From Lingula anatina (Eukaryota > Animalia > Brachiopoda): DNA of 64,000 nt. A program made the translations under genes and the position numbers. Where the stretch lies: the NCBI GenBank assembly GCA_051362555.1, contig CM120641.1, positions 14,260,001 to 14,324,000 on the forward strand, given 5' to 3'. Below are positions 1 through 13,399 of this stretch, one piece after another; the stretch's first letter is position 1; every line of letters starts with the position of its first letter. Below the pieces are notes generated by a model that did not search any database, was not told the origin of the DNA, and saw only the letters and a program-made list of their open reading frames with translations.

Positions 1-231
1 TTTTACTGGTCTTCTTTTTATTTACAATGAATTTATTATTACAGATACATTGCATGCTTCCTGTACCAGGGAATCCCCATCACTCTTGGAATGCAATTTT
101 TTCTTCTATTTTGAGTTGTTTCTTTCATTGAAAGTGGATATTGCACTTAGTCATATACACAGTTTAAATGGTATTTTCGGCTGCTTTTTAATTTGATGCA
201 TTTTACCAAAAAAAAAAAAAAAGGCTATTTA

Positions 232-703
232 CCCTATTCACACTGGCAGTTTCGACCGCAGTTAAGGCCTAATCGAGGTCCTATTGGGGTTTTACTTTTC
301 TAATGTGAACACACAACATACCCCTCACCGCATTCCAAATAACCCCAGATAAGGACTAGGGTTAAATCGGAGTTAACTTTGATTCGCTGTCAAATTTGAA
401 ACCCATGCACACAAGCAGGCAATTAATTTCGCGGGAAATTCTGATGGTGCTGACACTGATTGTACTTATACATATATATCTAGCATTTAATAATGGGCTG
501 CAGTAAAGGAGTATTTTGGCCTGTGGAGGCTATCAAGTCCTGCTCTGCATATGGTCTGTGAGCGAAATACAAAAATGTTGGAGGAGAGTGCCAAAAACAA
601 AATATTATTCTGTTTCTAATGAGATCAGTTATGTGCATGCTTATTCAAGCGTGATTCAATTGGAGTTGAGTCAACTGCGGTTTACTTGCTAGTGTGAATA
701 GCC
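232..703. mobile_element. MITE (~470 bp), PIF/Harbinger (Tourist)-like
   Basis: Imperfect terminal inverted repeats: left CCCTATTCACACTGGCAG..ACCGCAGTT, right AACTGCGGT..TGCTAGTGTGAATAGCC. Flanked on both sides by TTA (229-231, 704-706), a 3-bp TWA target duplication. No ORF. Confidence 0.65.
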
Positions 704-1928
704 TTATTGAGTTTTAAATACCTATAAAACAGATAGGTAAAAGTGGACTGTGGCAAAAGAAAACTCTCAGCTGTTGTTTGTTTACAGCGCATAGACTAAA
801 TCTTGCACTGTATTTGGCACCAGAGCTTCTTAAATGTACATCATTTGAAAAGGCAGCCTGTAGTTTATTTACACCAACTGTCCCAGTGATATCAAATACA
901 AAGTCCTCCTGCAGCCGTCCCTGTGGTCTAAAAGCAGTATGTTACACAGTTTAAAGGCCCAGTATACTGCAGTGTATGTTTCAAGGAATGGAGATGGGTT
1001 GTTTTACAATATTATCCATGTGCAAATGTGTAGGCTCCTGCCTCACTCACACTGCAGGGGAGCCACTGTTCCAGTGTGTATGCTCAAGTATAGATGGTAA
1101 CAGAGGTGGCCCAGGGTTTATGGAAACATTTCTGTCAGTCATGTTGTGATCCAGAACGTTTGACTCTATAAACAGTCTAGATTTCTTGATGGGATTTTGC
1201 ATGAAAAAGTCCAAAAAGAAATTTTTCACAAATTGAATGGGGAAGAGGAATAGTTTGAGAAAATTTTTTTTCTGTATGGCACTTTGTTGCTGTTGACTTT
1301 GGACTTTTTTTTTCTTTTGGAAGGATCTCTTCAGAAAAACAACTTTTTTTGCATTCCAAAAAGACCAGAATACTTAACGTATACTTGACACTTACACTTT
1401 TGAATAGGGAATTATTTGCACGAAGGAAATATTTTTCTGTTGCAAGGATGAAACTGAAAGGTTACAATTTGAGTTACCAAATTTGTAAAAAAAAAACAGA
1501 TAAGCCACCACTGTCTCCATTAGATACTTTTGCCATATGTACATCATGAAATGGGTGCTAAATGCACACCTATACTGTATACTTTGCTGCATGATGCTAT
1601 GCAAAATATGATAAGTGTACTCAATATATTGCTCTCATTGTACTTTTCAAGATTGGTTTCATTGTCTTTGAAACATCAAAGATCCCATTTGAAATGTTTC
1701 ACTCATGTAATGTGGTGTGTTTATAGTCTGTACACAAAGTAATTATGCCAGATATACAACACAGAGCAAAGGGTACTTCTAGGTCATTTTACAACTAGTT
1801 GTAGCCCATTTCATGTTTCTGTGGCTTCAAATTAGAATGTATTATTTTTTTGACCTGAAAGCGGCAGGGCACCAGAAGTGCACAGACCTAATTGCAGCTA
1901 TTTGGGCTTAATGTTTTCCGTTTCACAG

Positions 1929-4900
1929 GGGAAGTTTTACAAAATGTCTCTCCAAACCTGATGCAGTTGATCCAGGCAACACCACATTGCAAGGGTATTG
2001 ACCTTGAAACTTGGTTCTTTGGTGGTTGAGAGAGAATCTGTGGTTTTCAATGAACTTAAAAGCAGGCGTTTTAAAGACTGCATCTTTTAGTTTTGAGAAT
2101 TTTTTTCAAAATTTGCAAATGTTTTGTGTATAAGATAAAAAAATAAAGGAATTTTGTATTTATTCACACAAAAATTTAATTAATTTGAATTATGTATTTT
2201 TTTTATTATAATTGTAGGTGCTTGGGCCACAGAAACTTCCATAGTTGTTGCATGCGGAACTCTTGTTGTACTGATAGCAGTAGCAGCCGTGGTTGTGATC
2301 ATACTCCAGAGAAGGTAAGAGTAAATACCCTCTGTTCTATGAAAAAATAATTACACGAATCATAGAAAAGCAGTTTCTGATGTAAAAGGTGAAAAAGTCT
2401 CTCGAATATTGATCTATTTTGAAAATTACTTCAGCACCTTGAAGTCTTGTGGGAGATCTTATTGTGTTTGGTTACTTTATTCAGGATAATCATACTTTCT
2501 GTTTATTTAATTGTTTTTTTTTTTTTTTTTTTTTTGCCATTCTTCTGCAGGCACCACCGCCGTAAGAAGTCCCAGTTTGCAGCAATGTATTTTAAAGGTG
2601 GGGCCGCAGGGCAGGATGACCATGGGCAGGACATCTGGCTGACCAGAATGACCAATGTAAGTATATATGTTACTTCATGAATATGCTTATCCCTACAAAG
2701 TAAAATTTACAACAGCAGAAAAAAAATAATATTAACTAATTTTTTTAGTTATTATCACTATTCATGTAGATGTATATACACTCTTGAACAATGGAACTGC
2801 CACAGACATCTAATTTAAATGAAGATCTAAGTGCCTTCTGTTTCTTTGATATGTATCATTGGAAAAGTACTGTTGAACAGTGCCTTGGTCTGCTGAGATT
2901 GCCTGTTCTTATCTTCAACCTACAGAATTTTTACATAATAAAGTGGGAGTTTTCATGTCATATTTGAGACAATCTTGATGAATGTCAGTTGAGCGTTGCC
3001 TCCGCCTGCTGCCATTGCTTGTTTGTATATTCAACCCTACTCCATTTTACATAACATGAGAACCCCTGGGATACATGTTATGAGGAAGACCAGTTGAGTG
3101 GTGCCTCTGCTTGTCAGGTAGTGGCTGTTAACATGTTCATCAGACACCTGTCTGTTGGTTTACCTACCCTTGTGGGGTGATTAGAAGTGCTAAAGCAGGA
3201 AATAACTGCATACTCAGCATAGAAGGACAGGGGCATATGGTTGAGTGCAATAGTTAAGCTCATTTCCTCTTCCCCCCTTACATAAAACAAGTAAAAAGTT
3301 AATTGAGTGAAAAACCACGACAGAAATTTGTAGTTTGGCATCTCTCCCCCTTTCTTTGCAGCAAGCTCTAAGTTTCCTCATTATTACTAGTTTTAGGTTT
3401 TTTGCTTTCTAAATTACAGGTTTCCCCTCACTTCATTGCAGCAAGTTAGGATCATTATTACCCACAAGTTCTTGACTTTTTTGTTCTCACCGAACATTGC
3501 AGCACATTCTAGTTTTTTTTCTACCCTCCATGGTCTGCAACAAGTATACAAGATGGAGCTTTCAGAGCACTGTGCAAATGTCAAGCTATGTTAGCGGAGT
3601 GCACCTAAAGGTCTACTGATCAAAGATGACCCATTGGCTCCATGTTAAATGTACCAAATGAAAGTTACCAGTAATCAGATCACAAATGAACACACAACAT
3701 AAGAAGATAAACGAACAGTTAATGTGTTTATAGTAGTACAGTATAACATCACCAAATTGCTTCAAACTCTTGCCTCGTTTAGAGAACTTTCCATTGGTGC
3801 TTGGATCTGGGTAAATTGTTTAAGGTACTGGACCATCCAAAATGGACAGATTACAGACTGACAGTTAAAGTTAATTTATTTAGACAATCTGGCTGAATTT
3901 TCAGTACTTTTGCAGTTGATAAATATCCAATCCAATATAGAAGACCCAGGGTGGTTTTCTAAGCCAGCTAATGAGCTGTTAAATGATTGGTAATTGATTT
4001 GTTTTGGAGCCGAGTGCAGTTCCCTAGCTCTAATACCCTTGATGTGGTTTTAGGATGAGTCAGATGGCTGAAATTGTATCAAGGTGTTTCTTTCTGCAAA
4101 GATGGTACAGTTTTGTCATGTCTTCCTTGTTCAATTGCTGTGACTGAATAAAGAAACTTGTTTGGAAAATGTACTTTCTGAATTTTAAACTGCACTTTGC
4201 TGAATTCTTTTGTCTGATGCCTTCCCATTAATCTGTTGTTTGTCAACCTTGCATGTGGTAACGAATTGATAGAAATGGAGAAATTTGGTAGATCATTTCC
4301 AGAGGAGATTTCTGTATAACCTTGCAATGAATGTTGACACAAAGATGTAACCTTAGTTTTTCATGTGTGAGGACTTCATTTACCCCTCAGTGTATTACCA
4401 TGACTATTGTGCAACTTGTCTTGGGAAATTATTCAAAAATCTTCTGACTGGAAATTGCCTTCTGTTATTCATGGCGTTTTTCTCTCTTCCAAAGAGATTA
4501 TCTGAAGTTTTTTTTACGCTTCTTTAGATTCTTTCATGTTCTTTTTATGCTACTGCTTGTAAGGATCTCACTGCCTGAGATTTTTCTCAGTAGGTAACCA
4601 ACTGTGCCAACAGTGATGTTATGTAAAGGTCTTCCTAAATCCTTAAGAAATTATGGTAAATAATTTGATAAAAGAGTAAAAATTTGCTTCAAACAATTTT
4701 TCAAGGCGTGCAAAAACAAGTTTAATTTCTGAAATCTGGAGATGATATTTCAAAGCTTTTACCCCCCTTCATTGCTACTGTTTGTATAATGTCTCAGCCA
4801 GTACTTCCAAAAAAATTGCCAAAAAATTTTTCCCTTTGGAAAATTTAATTTTGTATCAAACGCTGCAAGCACTGTTTTTGGATCCAATGTGGCCTTTTGA

Positions 4901-7064
4901 AGCTGGTGTTGTAACCTTCTAACTGTTGAAGTCTCTTACTGTAATAGTGATGATTGAAGACCCAAAATAAGTTGTGTGTGGTGTTTTCTCTGGTAGATAT
5001 CTGTTTTCACAGCTGGAATTCAGACAGAGGGACATTTCATCTGATTGACATTTTGCTAAATGCGCTGATGCGTCTTTGTTAAAAAATACACTGATTAGAA
5101 AGTGATATATGCAGACATTTTGTTTCATGTAACTATTGCTGGCTTTTCCTTTAATACTTTAATCGATAAAATTATCCTAGGCTATCTGGCGTTGCTACCT
5201 AGGGGGTATGTTTATACTGTAGAAATCTCTGCGAGCTGTGCACCTTCACACACAGTTGCCACCAGGCACCAGTATGTACTGATTGACATCCCCGTTAAGA
5301 GTCCCAGACACCAAGTTCAGGTGCACAAAATTAACATGGCAGAAACTAAAATTTGGAAGAAAATTCTTCACAGACTCTAGAAACAGCTTGGAAATTGGAC
5401 AAGAATCGGTCAGGACCTTTGCTGCACTTGGTTCACCATCTTTTGTTAAAATTCTTCAGTTGCCACTCCCCATGTCAATTTAATAAGATTTTATGTTATC
5501 TTGTCAGTTGTACAGGCAGTTCCAGTTTAGATCTTATCAATTTCCTGAAGGATTGGTTTTTATTTGTACCCATTCATAGGACTGCTGCTCATTTCTCCTC
5601 ACCACTAGACTATTTTGTTAAAATTAACAGGGTGAGAATGGCATGTTTACTCCCAAAAACTGGGTATGTTTATTAAAAGGAGTAACAGCAGAGAGACCTA
5701 AAGCTCCAAAGCCATCCTTTTTCCATGGAGTGTAGATGAAGAAAAGACAAGTAGTTGGCACCCTTACAGACATGAATGTAATCATTTATGTCTGGGAAGA
5801 AAGGAATTAAATGTTTTAAAACCTGTGGCTTGCTGATTAATTCTTAGCACAATCCCAGTACAGACCAGGTTTTCTTACTGTTGACCAGGGTGTGTTTACA
5901 GTGATATTCAGATTGTATATGCTAGCCCACTCAAAGACCTATGGTTTATTTTGACTCCTAACATTTGGAGAGACTCAGTATTTTCTTGGGTGTTTTTAGC
6001 AAATCAACCTAGGTTGAGGTCACTGAATGTTCCAACAAATTTGGGAATAAATGTATAAATTCCATGCGTGAAACAATGTTTGGTATTTAACTTTCTCAAA
6101 TATTTACAACTCCTTATTGATCTCAGATTAAAGTCTTCCTTATATCAATTTACAGACAAACCAGCCTGGAGCTCTCGACCCTAACAACCAAGAGAGTTCT
6201 CCTTTGATAGCCCATGGCTGCACGAACCCGCTCGGAGATGAACCCGATGGCCGCAAACCTCCAGCAACTGTTGCCGAGCCGCAGGACAGCTTGGAGAGAC
6301 AACAGCGAGGTCGGCTGCCTGCCGTGTCAGAAACTCCCAACAGTATGCGCAAATATACTGTCCACCAGAATATGCCTATTCACCCTTTAGTGACTGCAAC
6401 TGTTCACGCAAAACCGCCAGAACACCAAGAACTGAAGAGCAACTCTCCTTCGCAAAACTCCAAGACTGAGTCACTGCAACAACGTATGCACCACAGTAGC
6501 GGTAGTGAGGATGATGCTGAATCTCCTGACCCCACAGGTCGTCTCCATGGTAACAAAACTGGAACAGGCCTTCCTCTTGAGATTGACGACTACATTGAAC
6601 AGCGAGGCAGCCCTATGATTGACAGCGACATGGAGGTCAATCCTGCAGACAGTGAAGTTGACCTGAATATGGGAAGCCAGGATGTTCACCATCCAGGTCG
6701 ACATCACCGTCGCTATGGCAGCCATGACCAAATGGAATCAGAAATCGATGCCAATGATGAAAGTTTCGAGGAGGGAGATCACGATTTTCATGAGCAGCTT
6801 CTCAACGGCTACCTGAACAACTTAGGTTCTGCCAGCAGCCCTTCCCAGATTAGAGTTCCCAAGTCACCAAAGACAGATGAAACTGCTAAGGCCTATGCTT
6901 ACGATAGTGATGATGATGATGATGATAATGAAGAGGAAGTGGAGGATCCACGGGTGCATTATCATTATCCCAATCCCAAGTTCACCACTTTCCAGCCGGG
7001 TCCCAGAACAGGTGAATATAGTAATCAATATAGCAGACCACCTGAACAAAAGTATCATGCCTAA
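1929..7064 (+). CDS. 3' part of an unidentified type-I single-pass membrane protein with a long acidic/disordered cytoplasmic tail (5' end probably outside the window)
   Basis: Phase-compatible GT-AG exons. 1929-1994: EVLQNVSPNLMQLIQATPHCK (less certain). 2218-2314: AWATETSIVVACGTLVVLIAVAAVVVIILQR (hydrophobic TM helix). 2551-2656: RHHRRKKSQFAAMYFKGG... (basic stop-transfer). 6156-7064: terminal exon, in frame with ORF 6204..7064, TAA at 7062-7064. Confidence 0.8.
3600..5400 (-). mobile_element. Highly decayed RTE-type LINE remnant (boundaries approximate)
   Basis: Minus-strand translation gives motif relics in the expected order. An APE endonuclease GDFN-like IITITVRDFNS ends ORF 4919..5128. 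An RT-like RLM-EGIRQKN..FRK lies at ~4170-4235 (cf. RTE consensus RRIIEG..KN..DF.KAFD). A frameshifted GIRQG..LAP lies at ~4005-4040. Many stops and frameshifts. Confidence 0.55.
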
Positions 7065-7516
7065 GACCAAACGCTGCGAACTGCCTTTTTTATAAGGACA
7101 CTGCCATGTTAAAGTATATCTGACCTATTGAAAAGGTTGTCAGACATTTTAACTTCCTATATTGTATATAGATTTATATTATCTGACATGTATGTAAATT
7201 AAGTGATGTATATATTAACATTTGTATATTAATGTTGCATATGTCTGCACTATTTATTGCATGTGTGTTACACACAAATGCACCGCTATATTAAAGAGAT
7301 GTTTATGGATCTACATATCTGTAACCTTATTACATATACAGGGTTGATGAATTGCAGCAATTGATTCAAATGTCACCATGTAACCTGTATTATTCTTGTG
7401 ATTTCCATTCATATAATAATTATATTGTAAAAATAATGATTTTAACTGTTAGACACTACAATGTTGACTTAATATATCATATATACTTATTTAAGACGTC
7501 TGTTTTCTTCTTTTTT

Positions 7517-9386
7517 ATGTACAGACACAGATGTGTCTGTACATATAGCCATCATCTGCGTCTGTCGTCGCCGTCGCCGTCGTTGCCGTCGTCGCCGTCG
7601 CCGTCGCCGTGCACTTTTACCGATAACACGATAAGTGGAAAACCATTTTACCTTTTGACTTGAAACTTGCAGAACTGATGAATATTCATAATACGCAGGT
7701 CAAGTTCGAAAATCAGCATGATCGGGTCACTTTTAGGGAATTTATGCTGTTTTTTCACTTTTTTCAGCATATATGCAGCACCGATAACACGATAAGTGGA
7801 AAACCATTTTACCTTTTGACTTGAAACTTACAGAACTGATGAATATTCATAATACGCAGGTCAAGTTCGAAAATCAGCATGATCGGGTCACTTTTAGGGA
7901 ATTTATGCTGTTTTTTCACTTTTTTCAGCATATATGCAGCACCGATAACACGATAAGTGGAAAACCATTTTACCTTTTGACTTGAAACTTACAGAACTGA
8001 TGAATATTCATAATACGCAGGTCAAGTTCGAAAATCAGCATGATCGGGTCACTTTTAGGGAATTTATGCTGTTTTTTCACTTTTTTCAATATAAATGCAA
8101 CACTGATAACACAATATAAGAAAAACGGATTGGCCAATTGTCATTATACTCACAGGAGTGGTCAATCTTACTAAAACGCAGGTTGAGTTCGAAAATCAGC
8201 ATAATCGGGCCATTATTTTAGAAGTTATACTGTTTTTTTTTCACATTTCCTCAGATTCAATTATTAGGCATGTTAACAGTCTCATTATTTAACTAATAAG
8301 ATGCCTAAAAGTGTTTGTTTGATATTTCCTGCATTTTTACAACATTGTTAGTTGATTATGTAAAAAACATGGTAAACTTGTTATCATGTATTGTGTAATA
8401 AAGTGTCAAAAATGGAAATAAACTCATATCATTGCAGTTTGTCAGATGCATTCATCCACTATGTTCAGAATCTCAGAATGGAGGAAGTTGGACATCTAAC
8501 ACTGTTCTATTGATACTTTTCCCATCTCATCAATTTTCTTAGTTGGTCATATAAAAATGGCAGTAAAATGTTTATTTTGTTTTATGTTAAAAAAGTGTTA
8601 AAAATGGAAATAAACCCATTTCAGAACAGTGCTGTCTTGTTTACATTTTGGCATTTTCAAGGTGTGACTTTGAAGTTCCATGGGCCTAAAGACCTTTGCT
8701 AGTCACATTTTCTGAATATCTGTGATAAGCTGTTAAACATTATGTAATATTGCATCAAAATTTGAAGAAACCCCTATTTTGGGCACTGCTTCCATGATGA
8801 CCATTTAAGGAAAATCATGTCACTTACTGTTCTCAAACTTACAGGAAAGAAACATGGGACTAAAATACAGCTTCAGTAGGCAATGCAGTCTGTTTGGTAT
8901 TTTTATTTATTTATTTATTTATTTTTTTTTTTTTATTTTTTTTTTTTTTGGCAGTTAAACAGTTTTTTGTGAAAATTTAATTTTTCACATATTGGCATTT
9001 TCAACTTAAAAGACTTTAAAGTTCCATGATCTTGAAGACTTTTGCTTGTCACATTTTCTGAATGTCCATGTTACTAATATTTTATTAATAACATTTGATT
9101 GTCATTATGCTGTTAAACATTATGTAAAGTTGCATCAAAATTTGAAGAAACCCCTATTTTGGGCACTGCTCCTATGCTGACCATTTAAGGGAAATCATGT
9201 CACTTACTGTTCTCAAACTTACAGGAAAGAAACATGGGTCTAACATACAGCTTCAATAGGCAACGCAGTCTGTTTGGTAAATTTTTCTGGCAATTTAACA
9301 GTTTTTTGTGAAAATTTAATTTTTCACTTATTTGCATCTTTATTTTCTGTTCTTTGTCTGTACATTTGACAGCTTTGCTGCCTTGT
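7517..9386 (+). mobile_element. Helentron-type non-autonomous element (HINE/DINE-1/pearl-like), family A copy 1
   Basis: Follows a T-run. 5' palindrome ATGTACAGACAC-AGAT-GTGTCTGTACAT, then a (GTCGCC)n microsatellite at ~7564-7610 and internal tandem arrays. 3' subterminal inverted repeat TGTCTGTACAT, then hairpin GACAGCTTTGCTGCC and TTGTT. Second copy at 25030-28152. Confidence 0.8.
7621..8250 (+). repeat. 161-bp tandem array (3 near-identical units + 1 diverged) inside HINE-A
   Basis: CGATAACACGATAAGTGGAAAACC recurs at 7621, 7782 and 7943, with a diverged unit from 8104. Confidence 0.9.
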
Positions 9387-10418
9387 TTTCTTTTTTTTTT
9401 CTAATTTTTTTCCTTTTTTTTCTTAAACAGTTTAAAGAAAGAAGAACAATATTGTGTCCAATTGTAGAGAACAGTGATAACTGATAGGACAAGAGTTTGT
9501 TCCTTTTAAGGGATATTTTTGTTTTGCTAGCTTTGTCAAGAATTTTTTTCAGTTTTCTTGATAAGTTTATTGGAGATTTGTTTTGTTTGTAGTCAAGAAT
9601 TTCATTCAGATTTCTTGTTAAGTTTATAGGAGTTTTGTTTGTTGGTGAATTTTTATTTCAATTTCAAAAGAAAAAATGGTTTGACATTGAACACCTTAGA
9701 GGTGAAATTCTTTTCACCTGACAAATCCATCTTGTTACAATGATGCTAGCACTACACCCTCATAGGGTGCGTTGAGTGTCAGAAAAGGCATTATGGAAGT
9801 AAGCATTCTGTGATATTGGGACGTCTCTAAACTTTCCATGATGTGGTGTATGTAGAACTGTCTGCAGTATTTGTACAGATTTCATTGCAGCCAGCATATA
9901 TATATTACTTATTGCCAATATGTAGTAGACTCCCATGTAAGAAGACTCCTAAAAGAACTAAGATTAAGTCCATGATAAAACATTGATCTAAATTACCACT
10001 GAATTCATGAAATGCATTTCATATTATGTGGTTGATAAATAGCTTTATGGTTTGATCTGAATATTGGAAAACCAGATTTTTGGTTCAGTAGACATACATT
10101 TGAATATAGGAATTGTTTTAAGGAAAATAAGAGCTCCTTTTGCCAGTTTTGTAGCACAAATCAAGATTGTGTGGATATCTGGTCCTAGTAGAAAGAATTT
10201 AAAATCAATCTGCAATTGAACATTTTTTCCTCAAGTATATTTAGCTTTATGTAGCAGTGTTGACTGGAGTCAAGAGTAATTTTTGTACACTTAATTTATT
10301 AGCACAAGCATTGTACTTAATTTATTAGCTATTATCCCCAAGTGCTTATAATGCACTTGACGCGATTGTGTGATAAGTAGAGAAAATTGCCCAGCAAGTC
10401 GTAGACACTTGCATAATT

Positions 10419-12151
10419 AGTACCACCAGCGTATACGCTGGCGGTACTCATGGTTTTAGTCCCGACCCGTCTCGTACAGCTCCGCCGGCTCCTGCGGCTC
10501 CGCAGTCGGGCGCCGGAAACAAGTCCTTTACAACAAGTCCTTTCCTTTACGGAAACAAGTCCGTTACCGCTTCTCCTCCTAGACCGCCAGGACCTGTGTC
10601 CCCATCTCTTGGATTTAGGTCACATATAATCTCAACTTGAACACCCTGTTTTTTTTATCTCTGTCGGTGCATTGGCCTGGGCGTGACACTTGTTGAAACG
10701 CACCCTTGTCAAAATTTTTGAAAATTCAAGGCTAAATATCTCCCAAACCAAAGGAATTATGGGAAAAATTACTACAGAAGTCTGACCGAAACTCATATGT
10801 GGAGATTTCAAATATGCCCTTGGATTTGACTTTTGACCTTTTTTTCAAGGTCAAACAAGCCAAAATTTTCTAAAAAATGGGAATTTTCTGCAAAAAAATA
10901 TTTGTTTGTGCTATTTTTTGGAAACTACACAGATCTAAGCTCTCCTGTTACAGTGAGGGGTTACAATTGGGGACTCCTTTCATCTTTGGGAGTTTGGGGT
11001 CAATCGGTGCATTTTCACGGGAGAAGCAGCCATTAGATCCCGAAACTGAAAACTTGTTTTTATTCTGGAATGGTAAATGCCAGAAACCTTTTGTTCATCG
11101 CATTTTGTAGAACTTGTCAAGTGCAATACTGGAGGTGGTGTCCATTTTTTTGTTTTCGATATGGTTTAGGCATTGCGCTATATCAAAAATTACAACATTG
11201 CAATATTCAGTGGGGAAAATGATAAATATTCCAAAATTAGCAGAGATATGCCCATAGTTACTATTGAACTTGAGTAAGAAGTCATATACTGGTAATCTAA
11301 CTGTGACCTTGAAATTGACCTTTGACCTACATTTCATGATGAACTGCACTTTGAAGTTTTCTGATCTTTATATCTCCAAAACTGGCAAAGATACGCCCAT
11401 AGTTACTATTGAACTTGAATAGGAAGTTATATACTGTTAATCTAACTGTGACCTTTAAATTGACATTTGACCTACTTTTCACCATGAACTGAACTTTGCA
11501 AATTTTCCAGCCCTTATATCTCCAAAACTGGCAGAGATACACCCATAGTTACTGTTAAACATGAATAGGAAGTCATATACTGGCATTCTTATTGTGACCT
11601 TGAAATTGACCTTTGACCTACTTTTCAACATGAACTGAACTTTGCAAATTTTCTATCCCTTATATCTCGAAAACTGGCAGAGATAGGTCCAAAGTTACTA
11701 TTGAACTTGAATAAAAAGTCATAAACTGGCAATCTTACTGTGACCTTGAAATTGACCTTTGACCTACTATTTATGTTGAACTGCACTTTGCATGTTTCCT
11801 GGCCTTCATATCTCCAACATTGGTAAAGAAATGCCCATAGCTACTATTGAACCTTTATAGGAAGTCATATACTGTGGCCTTGAAATTGACCTTTGACCTA
11901 CCTTTTTACCACAAACTGAACTCTGCATATTTTCGTGCCCTTCATATCTTCAAAACTAGCAGAGATCTGCTCAGTGTTGTCCCTAGGTTTTCTCTTTTGT
12001 CAGCATACCGGTATATGCAATACTGATAATGCATTTCAAGGAAAACCAATAGGCCTATTGTCTAGAAAATCACAGGAGTGATCAGTGTTAGGAAAATATA
12101 GGTCAATTTGAACATCTCCTTGATTGGACCATTTTAACTGTTATGTTTTTT

Positions 12152-12182
<31 letters not shown>

Positions 12183-12359
12183 GTGCATATTTTGAGAACT
12201 CTTGTTTATTGCATTTTATAGAGCTTGTCAAGCACAAGACTGGTGGTGGTGTCCAATTTTTTTTTATTATTTTTTTTGGGGGGGTGTCCTTACGAATGTG
12301 CTTACTCCAGCTGGTGGTACAATATCCAGAGGCGGTATCGCCTCTCTGATCCTCTAGTT
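10419..12359 (+). mobile_element. Helentron-type non-autonomous element, family B
   Basis: 5' palindrome AGTACCACCAGCG-TATA-CGCTGGCGGTACT after TT. 3' subterminal inverted repeat CTGGTGGTAC (12311-12320), then hairpin AGAGGCG-GTAT-CGCCTCT and CTAGTT. Internal tandem array containing TGACCTTGAAATTGACCTTTGACC. Confidence 0.75.
11230..11970 (+). repeat. ~146-bp tandem array (~5 units) inside HINE-B
   Basis: Unit anchor CAGAGAT.. recurs at 11241, 11386, 11532, 11678, 11824 and 11960. Confidence 0.9.
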
Positions 12360-13399
12360 CCTCCCTTACAGTGATATGTTTAGTTATCCTCTGTTTTGGG
12401 AAGCGTGTAAAAATATGAGACTCCACCCAAGATGTGCTTAGTAGTAGGACATTCATTTGAGGTAGCCAGGCATGCATTTTATGATCCTGTGTTGCTGATA
12501 GAGACACTTAGTAGTGCAGGCTGTGATTTGGTTACAGTTACTGATGTATCGATTAAGGATTAAATGAAGGCGTTGTTCCCACACAGGTGGAGTCTGAACT
12601 GGAGCATAGCGTCCCTTTAAGATAGCATTTCCAAATGTAGAAAAGAACTACAGGTCATTACCCATCTCGTTTAAGATCAGTCTAACTTTAACACCCTTCA
12701 CATTTCCTTCTTTTTAATCAAATCACTATACTAGTTTGCAGCATCATCTTATTGTAATGACAACATCAACATGGATAACTAAGAGAAATATGGCTATGCT
12801 CTACTAGATTTCACCAGGAGATACTATGCACTGGTTAATTAATTGTAATTCTGTATGCTAGGCTGTTTTATCAAAATAATATAAAATTCAGAGATATTTT
12901 TAGATCTATTTTTGTATAGAAATGCAATTCAACATGACTGTGAGCCAGAGTGGGGGGGAAATAAAGAAGACATTTACTACTTCAAAAACATTACTGGTTA
13001 ATGAAATAATTAAGGTCAAGGATTTTTCTGTAAACATTTTTTGTTGCTGTCTCTCTTTCTTGAATGTGTCCATGTTTCGTTTTTCCTTGTACTGGAAATA
13101 AGAACAGGGAAGTCAACCCCAATCTTTTTTGACGGTTCTTGATTTTTACAGATAGGGGCCACTTCTCACAGCATGTCGTTTTGCACTATGTTTTAAACGG
13201 GAAAAATAAATGATTGAGTAAATTAAAACCACTTTTTTGTCTTTTATTTGGTTTTCACATGAATGGACTTGAATGTAATGATATATATTGAGGATGGGAT
13301 TACAGTGCTAAAAGGATTTTTGAATATCATTCTGGTTACTTGAACTTCACAGAGCTCTCATGTAATGAATTGTATTGACCACAGACTCGTTTAAGTTTA

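Noticed and set aside
45-170. Open phase-1/phase-1 AG..GT segment that could be an upstream exon of the membrane-protein gene
   Set aside because: T-rich, intron-like composition and no recognisable motif; cannot be supported without transcripts.
1034-1096. Cys-containing segment SCLTHTAGEPLFQCVC resembling part of an EGF repeat
   Set aside because: Weak acceptor (no polypyrimidine tract) and incomplete Cys spacing.
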